Below, in pieces: positions 16,736-25,880 of a stretch of DNA of 40,449 nt. Position numbers and translations under genes: made by a program. Under the pieces are notes generated by a model that was not told where the DNA came from, made no database searches, and was given only the letters and a program-made list of their open reading frames with translations. Position 1 is the stretch's first letter, and the number at the start of each line of letters is the position of its first letter. Location: the sequence record SRR22947727_1199; one strand, 5' to 3'.

Positions 16736-18826
16736 TTGGCGCAGCACTCAGTTCGTTTGGGCGTAGATATTGGCGGAACTTTTACAGATGTGGTGCTGGA
16801 GGTTGGCACCGCAGTTTTTTCCGCCAAGGTTTTAACCACCTATACAGCACCTGAAGAGGCAATTATCGCAGGCCTTCAGCAAGTTTGTGACAAAGCCGGC
16901 GTTGCGCCTTTCCAAATTGAGCAGGTCATTCACGGCACGACGTTGGCAACAAATGCGTTGATTGAGCGGCGGGGCGCGAAAACGGCTTTGATTACTAGCG
17001 AAGGGTTTCGAGACGTGATTGAAATGCGCACGGAATCGCGGTTTGAGCAATATGATTTAAATCTGATCTTGCCCGAGCCGCTTTTGCCGCGCCAAAGGCG
17101 CTACACGGTTCCGGGTCGGATGGATGCCAATGGGGCTGAAATTATGGCTCTCAGCCGCGCCGATATAGAACCGGTTATCGCTCAAATTGCGGCGGCAGGG
17201 TATGAAAGCGTTGCGGTGGGATTGATCCATTCTTATTTGAACGATCGCCATGAAAAAATGGTGGCTGAGCTGTTATCAGAGCGGTTGCCGCATGTGATGG
17301 TTTCACTGTCCTGTGAAGTGTCTCCACAGATGCGGGAATATGAGCGGTTCAACACTGTGGTTGCGAATGCCTATATCAAACCTTTGATGAAATCATATTT
17401 AGATCGCTTAAGGGATCGGTTGCGGTCTGAAACGGTGGAATGTGACGTTTTTCTTATGCATTCTGGGGGCGGTATTATCTCGCTTGAAAGCGCTGCTGAA
17501 TTTCCTGTGCGTCTGGTGGAATCGGGCCCTGCAGGGGGCGCGGTTTTTGCGGCCCATATCGCGGCGCGCCATGGGTTAAAAAATGTTATATCTTTCGATA
17601 TGGGGGGCACCACCGCCAAAATTTGTTTGATCAAAGACCAAACGCCCAAAACCAGCCGTGTTTTTGAAGTTGCGAGAAGCTACCGATTTAAAAAAGGCTC
17701 GGGCATGCCGATTTCGATACCGGTCATTGATATGGTTGAAATCGGTGCTGGGGGGGGATCGCTCGCGCATGTTGATGCGCTGCGTCAAATCCGGGTTGGG
17801 CCGCAAAGTGCCGGCTCTGAGCCGGGGCCGGCCTGTTTTGGCAAAGGGGGAGAAAAGCCGGCCGTTACCGATGCGGACCTGCTTTTGGGCAAATTGGATC
17901 CAGAACGCTTTGCTGGCGGATCTTTACCTCTTGATGGCGCAGAGGCGCAAAAGGTACTGGGCAGGGTTTTGGGGGCACCTTTAAATATGCCCGCGATCAC
18001 TGCGGCGTTTGGGTTGGCCGAAGTGGTTGATGAAAATATGGCGAATGCGGCGCGGGTACACGCGGTGGAAACTGGCGAAGATCTCTCTGGTTATACGATG
18101 ATCGCATTTGGCGGGGCTGCACCCTTGCACGCGGGCCGTCTTTGCGAAAAGCTTGGCATTCGTCGGGCCTTGGTGCCGCCGGGTGCAGGGGTTGGCTCGG
18201 CAATTGGGTTTTTACGCGCGCCGTTCAGCTTTGAAGCAACGCGCTCTGTCTATATGAAGCTTACGCAGTTTGATCCGCAAAGAATCAAAACGCTGTTGCA
18301 TGACTTGCAAATGGAGGCGGTTGGATTTGTCGCCCGCTGCACCTCTAACAGCCCGATCGTTTTGGAGTTTAAAGCCTATATGCGCTACGCAGGCCAGGGT
18401 TGGGAAATTCCGATTGGTTTAGACGCAGATTGCGCTAAGGCGCCTGACGCAGCCGTTTTTGAGAGCCGCTTTACTGATCAATATGCCAAATTATTCGGGC
18501 GCCCAGTCGCGGGGCTGGATATTGAAGTGACGGTTTGGTCGGTGAACGCCGCCACAACGCCTGATGCGGTGGCGCGGGTACCGGAAAGTGCCGCGCGCGT
18601 GCACGCGTTAGCCCCTGCAAACCGCACTCTTTTTGAACCTTCGGTGGAAGCATTTGTGGAGGCGGCGGAAATACCGCGCGATCACTTGCGCTGCGAAGAT
18701 GTGATTGCGGGGCCCGCCGCAATAACCGAGGATGAAACAACGATTATTGTGCCCTCAAGCCGCGTTGCCACATGCTTGGCAGATGGTTGTATCGATCTGC
18801 GTTTAAAAGGAGCAAGCGATGCTTAA
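16736..18826 (+). CDS. Hydantoinase/oxoprolinase family subunit A (ATP-dependent)
   Basis: GVDIGGTFTD, HGTTLATNAL, ESGPAGG, DMGGTT, IGAGGGS, SAGSEPGP, FGGAAPLHA. TTG 16736 with GGAGG RBS is preferred over ATG 16661. Confidence 0.9.
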   Translation: MAQHSVRLGVDIGGTFTDVVLEVGTAVFSAKVLTTYTAPEEAIIAGLQQVCDKAGVAPFQIEQVIHGTTLATNALIERRGAKTALITSEGFRDVIEMRTESRFEQYDLNLILPEPLLPRQRRYTVPGRMDANGAEIMALSRADIEPVIAQIAAAGYESVAVGLIHSYLNDRHEKMVAELLSERLPHVMVSLSCEVSPQMREYERFNTVVANAYIKPLMKSYLDRLRDRLRSETVECDVFLMHSGGGIISLESAAEFPVRLVESGPAGGAVFAAHIAARHGLKNVISFDMGGTTAKICLIKDQTPKTSRVFEVARSYRFKKGSGMPISIPVIDMVEIGAGGGSLAHVDALRQIRVGPQSAGSEPGPACFGKGGEKPAVTDADLLLGKLDPERFAGGSLPLDGAEAQKVLGRVLGAPLNMPAITAAFGLAEVVDENMANAARVHAVETGEDLSGYTMIAFGGAAPLHAGRLCEKLGIRRALVPPGAGVGSAIGFLRAPFSFEATRSVYMKLTQFDPQRIKTLLHDLQMEAVGFVARCTSNSPIVLEFKAYMRYAGQGWEIPIGLDADCAKAPDAAVFESRFTDQYAKLFGRPVAGLDIEVTVWSVNAATTPDAVARVPESAARVHALAPANRTLFEPSVEAFVEAAEIPRDHLRCEDVIAGPAAITEDETTIIVPSSRVATCLADGCIDLRLKGASDA

Positions 18827-20522
18827 TTCTGATGTGGCCTATCAAATTATGTGGAACCGTTTGATTTCGGTCGTTGAAGAGCAAGCGCAAGCGCTTATAC
18901 GCACCGCTTTTTCAACCTCTGTGCGCGAAGCGGGGGATTTGTCGGCCGGGGTCTATGATCAGCAAGGGCGTATGCTTGCCCAAGCGGTGACGGGCACGCC
19001 GGGGCATGTCAATGCAATGGCAGATGCTGTGGCGCATTTTATACGGCGTATCGGGCCGGATAATATTTTTGAAGGCGATATTTACATCACCAATGACCCA
19101 TGGGAGGGCACGGGCCATCTGCATGATATAACCATGGTATCGCCTTCCTTTTTTAACGGAAATTTGGTGGGTTTTTTCGCCTGTACAGCCCATGTGGTTG
19201 ATATTGGTGGGCGTGGCTTTGGCGCAGACGCCTCCAGCGTTTACGAAGAAGGCCTCTATCTGCCGATACTGAAATTTGCTGAGCGACGCGTTGTTGATCA
19301 AACGTTGATACGTATTATTCGTGGAAATGTACGGCAACCGGATCAGTTGATTGGTGATATCTATGCTTTGGCAAGCTGTAATGAGATTGGGCATCGCCGC
19401 TTGATCGATATGATGCAGGAATTTGATCTTGCGGATCTGACGGCTATCGCACAATTTATCCTTGATCACTCGCGCCGCGCAACGCTTGAGGCCATTGCGG
19501 CGCTACCGCGTCAAACGGCGCAGGGGGCCCTAACGATCGATGGCTTTGATACGCCGATAACGATCCAAGCCAAAATTACCATTCACGAAGATCGAATTGT
19601 CACTGATTTTGCGGGGAGTTCGCCGGTCGATAAAAAAGGCATCAATTGCCCCCTCGTTTATACAAAAGCCTATGCTTGTTATGCGCTGAAAGTCGCGATT
19701 GCGCCCGAGATTCCGAATAATGCGGCATCGCTTGCGCCGTTTGAAGTGCGGGCAACTGAAAACTCGATCGTGCATGCCGCGCATCCAGCGCCCGTAGCCT
19801 TGCGCCATATTATTGGTCATTTTGTGCCCGATGCTGTGTTTAATGCCTTCGATCAGATTGTGCCGGGCGTGGTGCCAGCTGAAGGGGCAGGGTGTTTGTG
19901 CAATTTTCAGATGTCATTGCGCGCGCGCAGCGATCAAGACGCTGAATTCGGCAGGGCGCGGTTTGAGGTTCTGACGTTCAATTCGGGTGGCTCAGGCGCG
20001 AGGCCCGATCATGATGGATTAAATGCCACGGCCTTTCCCTCTGGTGTGATGACGATGCCCGTTGAGGCCACAGAACACGCGGGCCCAGTGATCATTTGGC
20101 GTAAAGAGCTGCGACCCGATTCCGGCGGAGCAGGTAAACACCGCGGTGGTTTGGGGCAATATATGGAGGTGGGCGCGCGCGACGGGTATGAGTTTGACCT
20201 TCAGGCCATGCTGGACCGGGTAAACCACCCTGCATTGGGCAGACGGGGGGCTGCAGCGGGTGCAAAAACCAGCATTGCTCAGGATGACGGTGCTGTGATG
20301 AAGGGAAAAGGCAAACAATTTGTGGCCCATGACCGGCGCGTATTGATGGCATTTCCGGGCGGTGGTGGCTATGGCGACCCGAAAGACCGCCCGAGTGCTT
20401 TGGTAAAAAGGGATCTTGCGCGTGGCTATATTTCAGCGGCAAGCGCAGAAACGCTTTACGGGTTGAGCAAGGCGGACATCGCCGCTGTTAAAGCCTTGGT
20501 GCAGGAAGGCAAAGAGCCATGA
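18819..20522 (+). CDS. Hydantoinase B/oxoprolinase family subunit
   Basis: RTAFSTSVREAGD, NDPWEGTGHLHD, HVVDIGG, EEGL, PDSGGAGKHRGG, PGGGGYGDP. Overlaps the subunit A stop. Confidence 0.9.
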   Translation: MLNSDVAYQIMWNRLISVVEEQAQALIRTAFSTSVREAGDLSAGVYDQQGRMLAQAVTGTPGHVNAMADAVAHFIRRIGPDNIFEGDIYITNDPWEGTGHLHDITMVSPSFFNGNLVGFFACTAHVVDIGGRGFGADASSVYEEGLYLPILKFAERRVVDQTLIRIIRGNVRQPDQLIGDIYALASCNEIGHRRLIDMMQEFDLADLTAIAQFILDHSRRATLEAIAALPRQTAQGALTIDGFDTPITIQAKITIHEDRIVTDFAGSSPVDKKGINCPLVYTKAYACYALKVAIAPEIPNNAASLAPFEVRATENSIVHAAHPAPVALRHIIGHFVPDAVFNAFDQIVPGVVPAEGAGCLCNFQMSLRARSDQDAEFGRARFEVLTFNSGGSGARPDHDGLNATAFPSGVMTMPVEATEHAGPVIIWRKELRPDSGGAGKHRGGLGQYMEVGARDGYEFDLQAMLDRVNHPALGRRGAAAGAKTSIAQDDGAVMKGKGKQFVAHDRRVLMAFPGGGGYGDPKDRPSALVKRDLARGYISAASAETLYGLSKADIAAVKALVQEGKEP

Positions 20523-21733
20523 GCGCGCTGCAGCCTCCCGAAAACGCAACCTATGATATTGTGATCGTGGGCGGGGCTATTATGGGCGCTTCCGCGGCCT
20601 GGTTCTTGTCGGATGATGCCGATTTTAATGGTTCGGTTTTGGTGGTCGAAAAAGATACAAGCTATGAGTTTTCGTCTACGATGAAGAGCAATTCCTGCAT
20701 TCGTCAGCAATTTTCAAGCCCGCTAAACGTGCGTATTTCCCAATTCAGTGCAGATTTTATTCAAAACCTGCCCAGCTATATGAAGGGCGATCCGCGCGCT
20801 CCAAAGTTAAAGATCAACAGTTTTGGCTATCTATATTTGGTGAATAATCTTTCGGGCGCTGCTGTTTTGCGCGAAAATCAAGCTGTTCAAATTGCGTGCG
20901 GTGCGGCAACGCAGCTTATGACGCCCACGCAGATCAAAGCAGCTTATCCTTTTTACAACGTTGATGATATTGTTCTGGGGTCGATCAATCTTATCGATGA
21001 AGGCTATTGGGATGGTGTTGCGGTGTTTGATTGCTGGCGCAAATCGGCGGCCGATCGGGGCGTTGAATTTGTCCAAAACGAAGTGGTCGGGATGAGCAAA
21101 AACGCAGCAGGCACGCGCGTAGAGAGCGTGACGTTGAAAACCGGTGAGGTGATATCATGCGGGCAAGTGTTGAATGCATCTGGGCCCCGCGCGATTGAAA
21201 CCGCAAAAATGGCGGGGGCGCAGATTCCCGTGGAACCGCGCAAAAGATATAGTTGGATATTTTCCGCGCAAAAACCTTTGGATAAACCGCTACCGCTGAC
21301 AATCGACCCCTCCGGGGTTCATATGCGCGACAATGGCGGGGGAACCTATTTATGTGGTGGACGTTCATTTAACGATCAAGCGGTAGAATATGATGATTTT
21401 GAGATGGATCATTCGCTTTGGGAGACCGATATTTGGCCAATAATAGCGGCGCGCATTCCCCAGTTTGAGGCGATAAAAATTCAATCAGAATGGGCCGGGC
21501 ATTACGCGTATAATTGCTTTGATCAAAATGCGATCATAGGGCCGCATAATGATGTGGAAAATTTCTTTTTCATAAATGGGTTTTCTGGTCACGGGTTGCA
21601 GCAATCTCCGGCGATGGGGCGAGCAATTGCTGAAATTATGGTGCATGGTGCCTATCAAACGCTTGATTTGACTGCTTTTGGGTTTGACCGATTTGCCGCG
21701 AACCGCCCAATTTTGGAAAAAGCTATTATCTGA
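20519..21733 (+). CDS. FAD-dependent oxidoreductase, DAO/sarcosine-oxidase-beta-like
   Basis: IVGGAIMG FAD motif, IRQQFS, WAGHY, GFSGHGLQQSPA; ATGA overlap with the hydantoinase B gene. Confidence 0.88.
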   Translation: MSALQPPENATYDIVIVGGAIMGASAAWFLSDDADFNGSVLVVEKDTSYEFSSTMKSNSCIRQQFSSPLNVRISQFSADFIQNLPSYMKGDPRAPKLKINSFGYLYLVNNLSGAAVLRENQAVQIACGAATQLMTPTQIKAAYPFYNVDDIVLGSINLIDEGYWDGVAVFDCWRKSAADRGVEFVQNEVVGMSKNAAGTRVESVTLKTGEVISCGQVLNASGPRAIETAKMAGAQIPVEPRKRYSWIFSAQKPLDKPLPLTIDPSGVHMRDNGGGTYLCGGRSFNDQAVEYDDFEMDHSLWETDIWPIIAARIPQFEAIKIQSEWAGHYAYNCFDQNAIIGPHNDVENFFFINGFSGHGLQQSPAMGRAIAEIMVHGAYQTLDLTAFGFDRFAANRPILEKAII

Positions 21734-21900
21734 TAAACCCGCTGTAAAGCGGGGTGCCAGGTTTGCCTGCCAAGTTTGCATTTTGCATTTTTAGGGAGGT
21801 TTGTTTCCTTGGCTTCTTTTGCTGTAATTGATTGTGAAAGCGGTGCGTGCCGATTACTGTTTCAAAAAACCAATCTGAATTGAAATAAAGGACGACTTAA

Positions 21901-22737
21901 ATGAAAAAGCTAGTTTTAACGGGGGCTGCGGGTCGCCTGGGATCTTACCTGCGCGAGCCATTGTCAAAAATGTGCGATGAATTGGTATCAACTGATTTGG
22001 TGGAGGATATTGGCAATCTCTACCCTGGCGAAACCTATGCACAAGGGGATTTGGCTAGCTTAGATGATATGATGCGTATCCTGCAGGGCGCCGATATGGT
22101 GATCCATATGGGGGCATTCGTCGATGAGGGGCCCTTTGAAAAATTATTGGGCCCTAATTTTATCGGTGCTTATAATATTTGGGAGGCAGCCTATCAAAAC
22201 GGGCTAAAAAGGGTGGTTTATGCCAGCTCTATTCATGCGGTCGGAATGCACCCTATTACGGAAACTCTCGATGCTGATAGCCGGCATCGCCCTGATACGT
22301 TTTATGGCTTGGCAAAGTGCTTCGCAGAAGATCTAGGCTCGATGTATTGGGATAAGCGGGGGCTTGAAAGCGTGCATATGCGCATTTTATCTTGTGCTCA
22401 GGTCACCAGCGCGCGCGCGCTTGGAACTTGGTTATCTTATGATGATCTGATTCAGCTTACCAAGCGCTGCATCGATACACCTGTCACAGGTTTTACCGTT
22501 GTTTACGGTGTTTCAAACAATGACCGTGCCGCGGTCGATAATAGCAAAGCGTCATTTATCGGCTTTCGTCCGAAAGATAATGCAGAGCAATTTGCTGAAA
22601 AGATATTGGCTGAAACCGATGTCTTGGACAGTCAAGATCCGGGTCATATGTGCCATGGTGGTCCTTTTGCTAAGGTTGATCTTGGCGAAAGCGGTTTGGC
22701 CACGATGACGATTATTGACGATAAGAAGGTTATTTAA
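21901..22737 (+). CDS. NAD-dependent epimerase/dehydratase-family SDR, uronate dehydrogenase-like
   Basis: TGAAGRLG, YASSIHAVG, RPDTFYGLAK, TWLSYDD, GVSNN, PKDNAE; AAGGA RBS. Confidence 0.75.
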   Translation: MKKLVLTGAAGRLGSYLREPLSKMCDELVSTDLVEDIGNLYPGETYAQGDLASLDDMMRILQGADMVIHMGAFVDEGPFEKLLGPNFIGAYNIWEAAYQNGLKRVVYASSIHAVGMHPITETLDADSRHRPDTFYGLAKCFAEDLGSMYWDKRGLESVHMRILSCAQVTSARALGTWLSYDDLIQLTKRCIDTPVTGFTVVYGVSNNDRAAVDNSKASFIGFRPKDNAEQFAEKILAETDVLDSQDPGHMCHGGPFAKVDLGESGLATMTIIDDKKVI

Positions 22738-22761
22738 GCGGCTGTCGAGCTGCCACTTTTT
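22738..22761 (+). terminator. Probable intrinsic terminator after the SDR gene
   Basis: GCGGCT-GTCG-AGCTGC then CACTTTTT, immediately after the stop. Confidence 0.5.
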
Positions 22762-22914
22762 CTGTGTTCTCGATTGATAATGTAACACAGTTTTTAGGCG
22801 GCTTTGAGCATCTGTTCTGTCTTAACTATTTTTGACAAAAGCCCTGCTGCCAAATAGAGGCTATAAGGGGCATTCAAGTGATCAATTTCGACGCCGTTTT
22901 AACGGCGTAGTCCT

Positions 22915-23793
22915 TCATTTCTTTTTGGTTTTAGCCTCTCGCCACATCGTGTAGAGACCGGCGGCAACCACTAAGCCAGCGCCCGTCAATGCCAAATGCG
23001 TTGGCCATTCGCCATAGATGAAAAAGCCGAAAAAGAGCGCCCATAAGAGGCCCGTATACCGAAAGGGTGCGACAAAGGATAACTCGCCCACCCGAGCCGC
23101 TAAAACGCTAAAAAAATATGCGGCGCAAATGAGTAGAGAGCAAGCAACCAAATACCATGCCTGCACCTCTTCTACCGGCACCCATTCTATATAAAGCATT
23201 GATATTGAGGCATAGATAAACACGCTGAGCGCAGCAAAAAAGGTAATCATGAGGCTGGGAATATGGGCGCTCATAGAGCGGGTGACGAGTTCTCGTAAGG
23301 TGATAAACAAAACCGCGATCAACGCGTAGTAGGAATAATTACTAAAGCCCTCAGCGCCAGGGCGGACAATCATCAGCATACCCAAAAAACCGATACCGAT
23401 GGCAATCATGCGCCGCCACCCCAGCAATTCGTTTAAAAACAGCGCAGCGCCAAGGGCAACCGTGAGGGGCAGCAATTGTAAAATAGCGGTGGCATTCGCG
23501 ATTGGCATATTGATCAGGGCATTTAAGAAAAAATAAGTTGCGCAAACGTCTGCGGCGCAGCGCAAAGCGATTAAGCCCCAGTCTTTTCGGACGTATCTTA
23601 TCGTCCAAGCTTGATAGAATTGGCACAATCCAGCAATCATCAAAAGCGCCACAGCACCGCGTAGCATTAGAACTTGTGACAGCGGTAGCTGGGCCCCGAG
23701 CAGTTTGACGAACAGATCATTGGTGGTGAAAGCCGCCATGCTCAACACCATCAACATGGCCCCTCGTAGATTCTCTGTCTTTCTCTCGGGCAT
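22915..23793 (-). CDS. DMT/EamA family permease
   Basis: About ten hydrophobic segments; LFLNELLGWRR, IVRPG, APFRYT, GEWP motifs. Confidence 0.88.
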   Translation of the reverse strand: MPERKTENLRGAMLMVLSMAAFTTNDLFVKLLGAQLPLSQVLMLRGAVALLMIAGLCQFYQAWTIRYVRKDWGLIALRCAADVCATYFFLNALINMPIANATAILQLLPLTVALGAALFLNELLGWRRMIAIGIGFLGMLMIVRPGAEGFSNYSYYALIAVLFITLRELVTRSMSAHIPSLMITFFAALSVFIYASISMLYIEWVPVEEVQAWYLVACSLLICAAYFFSVLAARVGELSFVAPFRYTGLLWALFFGFFIYGEWPTHLALTGAGLVVAAGLYTMWREAKTKKK

Positions 23794-23984
23794 AGTGCAT
23801 TCCTATGAAGCAAACTGCTGCTCTAAATCTGTAGGATTAGTTTGTGCAATAGGCGAGCCTTAACTACACGCTCAGGGTTTTTAAAATATGGCTGCAAATT
23901 GAATTTTTACGTTAATATGCTTATCAATTCTGCAGGCAAGACCGGTATCTGTTTGTTCTGGCAAAGATAAGGCGCCCATGATCA

Positions 23985-24443
23985 TCAGCGCAGGCGCATC
24001 TTGCGCGAGCGGTGTTTTAGGCCAGATAAGGCTTGATCCTTAATCTGATAGGCGCTCAGCGCGTGGGCAATGTGCTGCGGGATGGGAACGCCATGCGGGC
24101 ACGGCTTCTGTTGCACGTGCATTTCGATCAATTCACACAGCGCCACGGTTTTTTGTGCGCAGATCATTTCGGCATAGAGATGAAACAATTTATCCGTTTG
24201 GGAAATGAGGTGGATGTTTACTGCAAGCGCATCCGCGTATTTCACCTCTTTTAAAAAATATTTATGTTCCTCGACCAAATAGATCGTGCAGCCTGTTGCG
24301 TCACGATAGGCGTGATCAAAACCCACTTCATCTTGTAGTGCATCTACCCCATGGCTAAACACCAGACCGTAATACGCATCTTGCATATGCCCGTTATAGT
24401 CGATCCAATCTGAGTGAACGTTTGTATGATACGTAAAAGCCAT
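23985..24443 (-). CDS. Hot-dog fold acyl-CoA thioesterase (similar to the carnitine-pathway thioesterase)
   Basis: WIDYNGHMQDAYY 4HBT-like motif, DAL...G.D..YR and E.H..FLKE patterns. Confidence 0.78.
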   Translation of the reverse strand: MAFTYHTNVHSDWIDYNGHMQDAYYGLVFSHGVDALQDEVGFDHAYRDATGCTIYLVEEHKYFLKEVKYADALAVNIHLISQTDKLFHLYAEMICAQKTVALCELIEMHVQQKPCPHGVPIPQHIAHALSAYQIKDQALSGLKHRSRKMRLR

Positions 24444-24799
24444 CTGAACCTTCTGTCTTTTCTGTATCTAGATCATCATTTTGGGCGCGTTTGAACCTAT
24501 TTTATGATGGGATGGTGTTGCCTAAAAGTCAGGGCAAGGCGGTTGGCGCGGCTCTGCGTTAAAAAGGCCGCGCCTGCGCATAAATATCGCGGATCAATAT
24601 TTATAGGGCATGTGCTGGCATCTGATCGTTTTGGTCTGCGCGCTTGGGGCTGCTTGCCGTGCCGGGGCTGTGCGCTCAGGGCTTTGGACTTGAAAGAATT
24701 GTAAAAATGGCTTTGGGTATAAGCAGAAGTTACGCGTAGTTGCTGCCGTTAAGGAATGGCCAAACAAGGCGCGGTTTAAAAACTGGCATAGGGCGATAT

Positions 24800-25600
24800 A
24801 TGCAGCAAGCTGATGATTATATAAAAGAAGTTGAGGCGCTTGCCGATTTATTGAGCGGCCAGCCGGATGATGTTTTCCAATTGGAAACCTTGTTTAAATT
24901 TTGGACGGTCAATGACGTGATCGGACATCTTCATATGTTTGATCTCGCCGCGCTCGCCGCATTGGAAGGTGACGCGGCCTTTGATGCTTTTTTTGCTCCA
25001 ATTCAAGCAAATTTGAGTCAAGGTTTAACGTTGTTGCAATGTCAATATCCGTTTCTAGGAGCGTTAAGCGGGATTGAGTTATTTCAAAAATGGCACGCCA
25101 CGGCGCAGGTGGTCAGCGCGGCCTATCGCTCAGCAGACCCCAAGAAAAGGGTGAAATGGGCTGGGCCAGAAATGAGCGCACTATCCTGCATAACGGCGCG
25201 GCAAATGGAAACTTGGGCGCATGGACAGGCGGTTTTTGATGTGTTGGGCAGGCCCCGTCAAGCGCATGATCGGATTCGCAATATCTGCCATTTAGGCGCG
25301 GTAACGTTTGCGTGGACATTTCAAAACAGGGGGTTGCTGGTGCCAGACGAGGCCCCATATGTGTGCCTTACTGCGCCATCAGGGGCGGTTTGGACGTGGA
25401 ATTCTCCAAGCGAAACCCAATATGTGAAGGGCAAGGCAATGGACTTCGCGCAAGTCGTAACGCAAGTGCGCAACGTCAAGGATACAGATTTGCAGTTTGT
25501 CGGCGCTAACGCGATAACTTGGATGGAACTTGCCCAATGTTTTGCGGGCAAGCCGGAAACGCCCCCTGCCAAGAATACGCGTTTCATGCGCAGAATCTGA
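24800..25600 (+). CDS. TIGR03084-like metal-binding protein (MDMPI/DinB-like N-terminus)
   Basis: WTVNDVIGHL, WAGPEMSA, TARQMETWAHGQ, LTAPSG..W, DFAQVVTQ.R, AQCFAG. ATG 24800 is preferred over TTG 24740. Confidence 0.78.
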   Translation: MQQADDYIKEVEALADLLSGQPDDVFQLETLFKFWTVNDVIGHLHMFDLAALAALEGDAAFDAFFAPIQANLSQGLTLLQCQYPFLGALSGIELFQKWHATAQVVSAAYRSADPKKRVKWAGPEMSALSCITARQMETWAHGQAVFDVLGRPRQAHDRIRNICHLGAVTFAWTFQNRGLLVPDEAPYVCLTAPSGAVWTWNSPSETQYVKGKAMDFAQVVTQVRNVKDTDLQFVGANAITWMELAQCFAGKPETPPAKNTRFMRRI

Positions 25601-25880
25601 TCATTATTCACGCCGCATGTACGTCAACCAAGATAGTCAAAACTGCATAAAAATTTTAATTTCAAATATTTGTAAGAGTCGTGAAGCCGTGCGCGATGGT
25701 TTGATGATCGGGCGGTTTTGAAATTTTATGGATTTTGACGCGCTACAGGCATGGGCCATCCGCAGATTTAAAGTTGAATTTCCTGTTCAAATAAAAAAGT
25801 GGAGTTTTGTGATAAATTTTGTTGTTTTGGAATTTTTGTCGACATAAGCTGATCCGATTAAACAAATACGGGAGGCTTGA

